From positions 1,046,540-1,110,539 of the forward strand of contig NW_027192198.1 in assembly GCF_041956535.1 (NCBI RefSeq): 64,000 nt of DNA, given 5' to 3'. This document shows positions 63,678 to 64,000 of the stretch, one piece after another. Position 1 is the first letter of the stretch; each line of letters opens with the position of its first letter. A program made the translations under genes and the position numbers. Below the pieces are notes generated by a model, which saw only the letters and a program-made list of their open reading frames with translations, did not search any database and had not been told where the DNA came from. Source of the stretch: Calcarisporiella thermophila CBS 279.70 (lineage: Eukaryota > Fungi > Calcarisporiellomycota).

Positions 63678-64000
63678 CTAGTAAACAACACTAGCACGAA
63701 TCGTGTAATCGGAGCCGTACACTCGGCTCATAAATCGAGTGTTATGCACCTTGCGTACCATCCGATACGCATCGCTCTCGCTCCCAAGTTTAATCAGGAA
63801 TTTGGAAGTTAGAGCCTTCGCCGGATTTTGTAACTTAATCACACCTGGCTCTGTGCTTTCCATAGGCGTGAATCCTACCCGGTCAACCCATTCTCTAACC
63901 TCATCTTCCCCCAGCCTTCCCGGCAAGCCGCGCAAGACCACTGCGCGACCACTTGCAGCACCTAATTCGGGCCGCGAATGTTGGGACAGGATCTTGGCCG
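63678..64000 (-). CDS. 3' end of an unknown gene (RRM-like fold), truncated by the window edge
   Basis: VVLRGLPGRL..FLIKLGSESDAYRMVRKVHN; the frame continues toward the window end. Confidence 0.6.
   Translation of the reverse strand, partial: AKILSQHSRPELGAASGRAVVLRGLPGRLGEDEVREWVDRVGFTPMESTEPGVIKLQNPAKALTSKFLIKLGSESDAYRMVRKVHNTRFMSRVYGSDYTIRASVVY

Overview
Eukaryotic, intron-rich genomic DNA. Gene content (Zn-cluster-type TF, Ecl1, VTC1, Msb2-like mucin, myosin V, DUF4748) points to a fungus, probably early-diverging; this is inferred from the sequence, not from a search. The window holds about 22 protein genes, three tRNA genes (Asp, Lys, Pro, all on the - strand), the 3' part of an RLE-type (NeSL/Utopia-like) non-LTR retrotransposon, and an AT-rich island with a back-to-back TPR-repeat remnant. 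The most striking unexplained structure lies about 60-90 bp upstream of tRNA-Asp and tRNA-Lys. Both sites carry stacked, head-to-head retroposon insertions: a ~335-bp tRNA-derived SINE with encoded CCA, poly(A) and target-site duplications (TSDs), followed by 5'-truncated LINE 3' ends (clearly L1/Tx1-like at tRNA-Lys, more degraded at tRNA-Asp). Nested TSDs show repeated use of the same position. The two SINEs and the best-preserved LINE end share a 3' stem-loop around AATAAA. This looks like a position-specific, tRNA-gene-targeting LINE/SINE system analogous to Dictyostelium TRE5. Other points of interest are a divergent CFA-synthase/DUF1365 gene pair next to an acyl-CoA synthetase, and a free-standing C-Ala-like protein with an acidic tail. 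Exon boundaries were read by eye.
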